Assembly (NCBI GenBank): GCA_029260575.1
Contig: JAJDDB010000006.1
Span: 19,300-83,299 of the forward strand
DNA length: 64,000 bases
Reading direction: 5' to 3'
Source: Phycisphaerales bacterium
GTDB lineage: Bacteria > Planctomycetota > Phycisphaerae > Phycisphaerales > SM1A02
Part shown: one piece after another, positions 59,576 through 64,000 of the stretch
Layout of the letters: each line of letters opens with the position of its first letter
Position numbering within the stretch: position 1 is the first letter of the stretch
Notes under the pieces: generated by a model
What the model saw: only the letters and a program-made list of their open reading frames with translations
The model's database searches: none
What the model was told of the DNA's origin: nothing
Translations under genes and position numbers: made by a program

Positions 59576-60040
59576 ATGCATTCAGATGAACAGCCGAAAC
59601 AACAGGCACTGCAAGGTTACCTCGCCGATCGCGATGAGCCCTGTCCGCTGTGCAGCTACAATCTACGCGGCTTACAGGGTGAACACTGCCCGGAATGCGG
59701 GCAGGAACTGACACTTCGTGTCAATCTTGTTGATGCGGTGCGCGGTGCATATCTGGCTGGGCTCATCGGATTGGCGTGTGCTTTCGGATTCAATGCGTTG
59801 CTGCTTGTCGCTATTCTGGTTATGACAATCTACTTTGGCGGTGGGCCGCCGGGCGGCTTTTTTCTTTACCTTGTGGTCGCTGCAATTCTTTCAGGCCTGT
59901 TTCTGCTCGGCTGGGTTCGACGTTCCGTGCAGATTCGCCGTGAACCAATAACACAGCGAACCGTGCTTGCAATTATCTGCTGGCTCGCGCCGCTGGCCAG
60001 CGTCGCAATTCTCTGTGCTGTAATTCTGACGTACGGTTAA
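59576..60040 (+). CDS. zinc-ribbon / 3-TM membrane protein, tandem copy 3
   Basis: MHSDEQPKQQALQGYLADRDEPCPLCSYNLRGLQGEHCPECGQELTL, then three hydrophobic helices. Its stop overlaps the convergent dehydrogenase stop. Confidence 0.65.
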   Translation: MHSDEQPKQQALQGYLADRDEPCPLCSYNLRGLQGEHCPECGQELTLRVNLVDAVRGAYLAGLIGLACAFGFNALLLVAILVMTIYFGGGPPGGFFLYLVVAAILSGLFLLGWVRRSVQIRREPITQRTVLAIICWLAPLASVAILCAVILTYG

Positions 60041-60990
60041 GGGCAAGGAGCTGGGAACTCAGGCTCGCGTCCGCTCAACACCGCCTCAATATCGCGCACC
60101 ACCCAACTCATGTTCACCAATCCGCGATCTGTACGACTCGCCAGGTGCGGCAACAGTGTGACGTTCGGCAAGCCCAGCAGCGGTGAATCCGCAGGCACCG
60201 GTTCCGGTTCGTGTACATCAAGCAATGCTCGCGCTCCAGGCCGACGGCGCATCGCCTCTGCCAGCGCATCCGCAGACACGACCATACCACGACTTGTGTT
60301 TATGAAGACAACATCGTCTCTCATGCGCGACAAGAACTCGGTACGTATCAAGTTGCGATTCGAGGATCTACCATCCACATGTACCGAAAGTACATCACAA
60401 TTCGAAAACAGCGTGTGCAGATCAACAGGCTCCGCGTTGCTGCGGTCACGCTCTGCAATTTCAAGCACATCATGATACACCACCTGACAGCCGAACCCGC
60501 GAAGTGCCTGCGCCAGGCGCTGTCCGATTCGGCCGAACCCCAGTATGCCGACGGTAGACTCTGCCAGTTCACGTCTGCCGACGAACCGCCTTCGTACATC
60601 CCACCACTGCGCTGCATCGACCGCCTCATGCAGCGCCTGCCTCGGCCGAATTGCGTCAAACAACAGCGCGATTACGTATTCCACCACCGCTGTAGTACTC
60701 GCGCCGGGTGTGTACACCACTTCAACATTGCGCGCGCGACATGCTGCAACATCGACAGTGTCGAGTCCGATCCCCGCCCGCCCCACCACACGCAGCTTCG
60801 GTGCTTTATAAAGCAGCTCAGAATCAACGCGCAGATACGTCCGCACGATCAACCCATCAGTGCACTCAAGTAATTCATCAAACCGTGCATCATCCGCATC
60901 ACACTGCACGACATCACAGCACTGCGATAGCCACTGCACAGCTTCATCTGCAAGCGGCTCGGTATACAACACCAGTGATCGATCAGCCAT
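60037..60990 (-). CDS. D-isomer-specific 2-hydroxyacid dehydrogenase (phosphoglycerate-dehydrogenase-like)
   Basis: Has VGILGFGRIGQRLAQAL (NAD-binding GxGxxG), the INTSRG motif and LPHLAS. An alternative start at 61011 abuts the upstream stop. Confidence 0.85.
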   Translation of the reverse strand: MADRSLVLYTEPLADEAVQWLSQCCDVVQCDADDARFDELLECTDGLIVRTYLRVDSELLYKAPKLRVVGRAGIGLDTVDVAACRARNVEVVYTPGASTTAVVEYVIALLFDAIRPRQALHEAVDAAQWWDVRRRFVGRRELAESTVGILGFGRIGQRLAQALRGFGCQVVYHDVLEIAERDRSNAEPVDLHTLFSNCDVLSVHVDGRSSNRNLIRTEFLSRMRDDVVFINTSRGMVVSADALAEAMRRRPGARALLDVHEPEPVPADSPLLGLPNVTLLPHLASRTDRGLVNMSWVVRDIEAVLSGREPEFPAPCP

Positions 60991-61011
60991 GCACAACCAC
61001 CCGTAACACAT

Positions 61012-61569
61012 TCAGTCGAGCGCGATCTCGTGCACGACTTCGTGCACCGCGCCGCTGTGCTGAAGTGTACTGCGCATCAACACAAAGGACCGTACAACAA
61101 TCGCAGCCAACCTCAAAGAAGCTTCCATACCGGACAAGTTGACTTTCGAAGGTGTGCGAAATCGCGCCAGCATCATGTGCGGCAGGAATCGATCGCCTGA
61201 ATTTCGTCGCGGCTTGTGTGACAATCGCTGCGCAAGTCGTCGCTGCATCTGCATCATCGCAACGGGTGAATCGGTCTGTGCCGCGACTAACCGGGCGGCG
61301 CCACGCTGCGGCAGCGTGATCAGATGTTTTGTCTGCAATTCAAATGCGGCTATCCCTGCGGCCGAACGCTGCACCGATTCAATCGTGTCATCGAGTTGCC
61401 GAACATTCACATCACCGATGAACTGCAGCGTCAGATGCACCTGCTGCGGCGCGACCAGCCGATTGCTCGGTAGCTCCAGCGATCGCACACGATCAAGCAA
61501 AGATGCCGCGACATCCGTCGGCGGGTACACCGCCACAAACAATCGCAAGACTCTTGCTGCGCGTGCCAT
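61012..61569 (-). CDS. thpR: RNA 2',3'-cyclic phosphodiesterase (2H phosphoesterase, ThpR/LigT-like)
   Basis: Reads LRLFVAVYPP...VHLTLQFIG (first HxT motif)...FLPHMMLARF (second motif, with HxM in place of HxT)...FVLMRSTL. Confidence 0.75.
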   Translation of the reverse strand: MARAARVLRLFVAVYPPTDVAASLLDRVRSLELPSNRLVAPQQVHLTLQFIGDVNVRQLDDTIESVQRSAAGIAAFELQTKHLITLPQRGAARLVAAQTDSPVAMMQMQRRLAQRLSHKPRRNSGDRFLPHMMLARFRTPSKVNLSGMEASLRLAAIVVRSFVLMRSTLQHSGAVHEVVHEIALD

Positions 61570-61641
61570 CACCGCTTCCAATCGTACATTCTTCAACGCT
61601 GGTCGGCGGCGTCGGTATTATGTCCGCCAACAGTTGGAGAA

Positions 61642-62829
61642 TTGCGCACGATGCAAATGCACTATACCGTCGGCCCAGCGTCCAGCGAAACGGAACTGCA
61701 GCAACTGCTTGAAGTGCTCAGCCCCGTCTTTCATATGCCTGTTGAACGCGCGCCGCGCTTTCGCCTTGCGGTTGGCGATGCGAACTTCAGAATCGTTCGG
61801 ACGACTGATTGTGTGGTCGGCGGCATGGCGATCGTGCATATGGGCCAGTACTTTGGCGGGCGGTCCGTGTCTATGAACGGCATCGTTGCAGTAGGCGTTG
61901 CGCCGCACTTTCGCGCACGCGGCGCCGCCTCGGCACTTATGGCTGAGACGCTGCGCGAAATGCATCGTGACAAACACTGCGCCATTTCGACGCTGTATCC
62001 CGCCACCGTTCCGGTCTATCGCAAAGCCGGGTACGAGATTGCAGGTGGACACTACGAGACGTCCATCGACCTCGATCGGATCAGTCCGCGTGATGCTACG
62101 CTGCCGATCCGCCCGCTCGTTGATGCAGACATGTCTGCCGTGAAACGGCTTTATCAAACAGCGGTGCAGCATCACAACGGCACACTCGACCGCGGCGACT
62201 ATCTCTGGAATCGTGTGCGCGAGCCGCGCGGCGAAAAGGCTGCCGGCTATGTTGTGCTCGAAGAAGATCACTTCACCGGCTACGTGTTCTATATTGTCAA
62301 AGGCAATCCGAACGAGGAATATCTTGCTCTTACTGATATAGCTGCGACGACACCAACAGCCGGCAGGCGATTGCTGACGCTGCTTTCAGATCATCGCTCG
62401 ATGGAGCATCACGCGCAGTGGCACGGCGGCCCGTCGCCAAGCATTCTGCTTCATCTGCGCGAAGCGCCCGCGCGCGTGAAGCTGCACTGCTACTGGATGC
62501 TGCGCATTGTCGACGTGCCGCGGGCGCTGGCCGAACGCGGCTATCCAACATGCATTAACGACGAACTGCATCTTGATGTGCGCGATGACGTTATCGATGC
62601 CAACACCGGTCGGTTCGTATTGCGCGTTGCCGATGGCGCCGCAACCGTTACACCCGGGGGCACCGGTAGCCTGTCGCTACATGTGCGGGCATTGTCCATG
62701 CTGTACTCCGGCCACCGTTCTGTGCATGACTTGATTGCGGTTGGGCAGGCGGAATCTGATCAACTGAGCATCGGAATCGCTGATGCGCTATTCCGTGGCC
62801 CCGAGCCGTGGATGGTGGATATGTTCTAA
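61642..62829 (+). CDS. Eis-like GNAT N-acetyltransferase with a C-terminal SCP2-like domain
   Basis: Reads VSMNGIVAVGVAPHFRARGAASALMAETLREM...ISTLYPATVPVYRKAGYE. 395 aa, matching the three-domain Eis architecture. Confidence 0.75.
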   Translation: MRTMQMHYTVGPASSETELQQLLEVLSPVFHMPVERAPRFRLAVGDANFRIVRTTDCVVGGMAIVHMGQYFGGRSVSMNGIVAVGVAPHFRARGAASALMAETLREMHRDKHCAISTLYPATVPVYRKAGYEIAGGHYETSIDLDRISPRDATLPIRPLVDADMSAVKRLYQTAVQHHNGTLDRGDYLWNRVREPRGEKAAGYVVLEEDHFTGYVFYIVKGNPNEEYLALTDIAATTPTAGRRLLTLLSDHRSMEHHAQWHGGPSPSILLHLREAPARVKLHCYWMLRIVDVPRALAERGYPTCINDELHLDVRDDVIDANTGRFVLRVADGAATVTPGGTGSLSLHVRALSMLYSGHRSVHDLIAVGQAESDQLSIGIADALFRGPEPWMVDMF

Positions 62830-62903
62830 ACGCTGGCCAGTGCGGCAACCGTTCGCTCAAACCCGGATTTGCCGGATGCTCGTATTCTGAGAAACTGCAA
62901 CGT

Positions 62904-63593
62904 ATGAAACACAAGACCTGGTTTCGTCTGGTGATCAAAGCCATTGGCATAGCGTTGCTTGCATTCGCACTTCCACAACTCATCGGCCAAATTGGAACGA
63001 TAGTGTGGATCGCGTTCAACGATCCGTATCAAATGTCGGGTTTCAGTTGGATTGATATTTTTCTCCCGCAAGCGCTTGGACCGATGATGACTGCCTTTGT
63101 TCAATTCGCGATCGGGCTCTACCTCTTTTTCGGAGGCGGGTTGATTGTGGGCATCTGCATTCCATCCAATCGGCCGTATTGCCCGAGTTGCGGGTATGAA
63201 CTGCTTCGAATTGATCTTCCGCAATGTTCTGAATGCGGGTGTGTGCTGCGCTCCGAAGCGCCCGGCGAGACGTTCGCAAAGGATGCATTTGAAGCTGCGC
63301 AGCAGTCATCGCCCGAGGAGCGCTCGGGACTTGCGCGCATGATTCCCTACAAGAATCCGACTGCTCTCACTGCCTACTACCTTGCGGTGGCATCATTCGT
63401 ACCGCTCCTCGGTCTGTTTCTCGCGCCGTTCGCGATCGGCTGCGGAATGAACGGCCTCAAGCGAGCGAAGTGGAATCCCGGCAAAGGCGGGGCTGCACAT
63501 GCGTGGGTTGCAATCGTCCTGGGCGCGCTGGTGCTGCTCGGACATCTCATGGCTTTGTGCCTGGCAATTCTGTTCTACAATTTGTTTAGCTAA
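62904..63593 (+). CDS. chimeric membrane protein: 2 TM plus zinc ribbon plus a DUF4190-like C-terminal module
   Basis: Has YCPSCGYELLRIDLPQCSECGCVL (CxxC-x11-CxxC) between N-terminal helices and the C-terminal segment NPTALTAYYLAVASFVPLLGLFLAPFAIGCGMNGLKRAKWNPGKGGAAHAWVAIVLGALVLL. Confidence 0.6.
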   Translation: MKHKTWFRLVIKAIGIALLAFALPQLIGQIGTIVWIAFNDPYQMSGFSWIDIFLPQALGPMMTAFVQFAIGLYLFFGGGLIVGICIPSNRPYCPSCGYELLRIDLPQCSECGCVLRSEAPGETFAKDAFEAAQQSSPEERSGLARMIPYKNPTALTAYYLAVASFVPLLGLFLAPFAIGCGMNGLKRAKWNPGKGGAAHAWVAIVLGALVLLGHLMALCLAILFYNLFS

Positions 63594-63628
63594 CGCCGCG
63601 GGCAGGAATCGCGATATCAACTGACGCT

Positions 63629-64000
63629 TCACGCGTAGCTGTGCAGGCCAACGATGAAGAAGTTGATAAAGATCCAGTTGAACAGCATCACCACCGTGCC
63701 GAACAGCGCAAGGATCGCTGTCCACAGGCCCTTGTCGCGCACCTTCAGGCGGGTGTGAATCAACACTGCGAACACGATGAACGTGTTGAGCGCGAAGACT
63801 TCCTTTGGATCCCAACCCCACGGCCGTCCCCAGGAGTGATCGGCCCAGATCGCGCCCATCACGAGGCCGGTCCACAGCAATACGAACGACATTTCCATCA
63901 GCACCATTGTCGTGCCGTCGAGCACCTGGCCGAAGTTGGTCTTTTCCGCAGTGAGCTGCACCGCGCCCGGGCCGGTCATGATGATTGAGCCCGCTCCCCC
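63629..64000 (-). CDS. ccsA: cytochrome c biogenesis protein CcsA/ResC, C-terminal part (N-terminus lies right of the window)
   Basis: WADHSWGRPWGWDPKEVFAL is the Trp-rich WGxxWxWDPKE heme-handling motif. The reading frame stays open to position 64000. Confidence 0.8.
   Translation of the reverse strand, partial: GGAGSIIMTGPGAVQLTAEKTNFGQVLDGTTMVLMEMSFVLLWTGLVMGAIWADHSWGRPWGWDPKEVFALNTFIVFAVLIHTRLKVRDKGLWTAILALFGTVVMLFNWIFINFFIVGLHSYA

Overview
GC-rich, gene-dense bacterial chromosome segment: about 60 protein genes and 2 tRNAs. I saw no rRNA, CRISPR array, integrase or prophage. Most of it is housekeeping: nadD (partial), moxR, gmk, der, lepB, hisS, lpxD, the tRNA-Thr/tuf/rpmG/tRNA-Trp/secE/nusG block, rho, coaE, cysS, pyrE, eno and ccsA (partial). 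Several markers suggest Planctomycetota, but this is inference only, with no search run. They are prepilin-leader pseudopilin-like proteins ending in an FLDG(H/S) motif, a BatA-N/VWA protein, a PSP1 protein with a basic tail, N-terminal extensions on Rho and NusG, an oversized LepB, futalosine hydrolase and GH57. Accessory content worth a second look: (1) an unrecognised family of Cys4 zinc-ribbon membrane proteins with five copies in the window, three of them in tandem at 58.5-60.0 kb; (2) tandem DUF4190-like proteins whose third helix and C-terminus look pilin-derived, plus one protein combining the zinc ribbon with a DUF4190-like module; (3) a frameshifted IS200/RAYT-type tyrosine transposase flanked by two about 100 bp REP-doublet (REPIN-like) repeats, with a third singlet 13.6 kb away; (4) a pilMNOP-pilB cluster with no secretin, platform or pilin gene; (5) two tandem M14 carboxypeptidase paralogs, the upstream one with displaced or lost catalytic residues and an inserted domain; (6) several large secreted proteins of unknown function, one of them an internal tandem duplication. 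I cannot show that any of these is a new functional system. The zinc-ribbon, DUF4190 and pilin-like module network is the best candidate.
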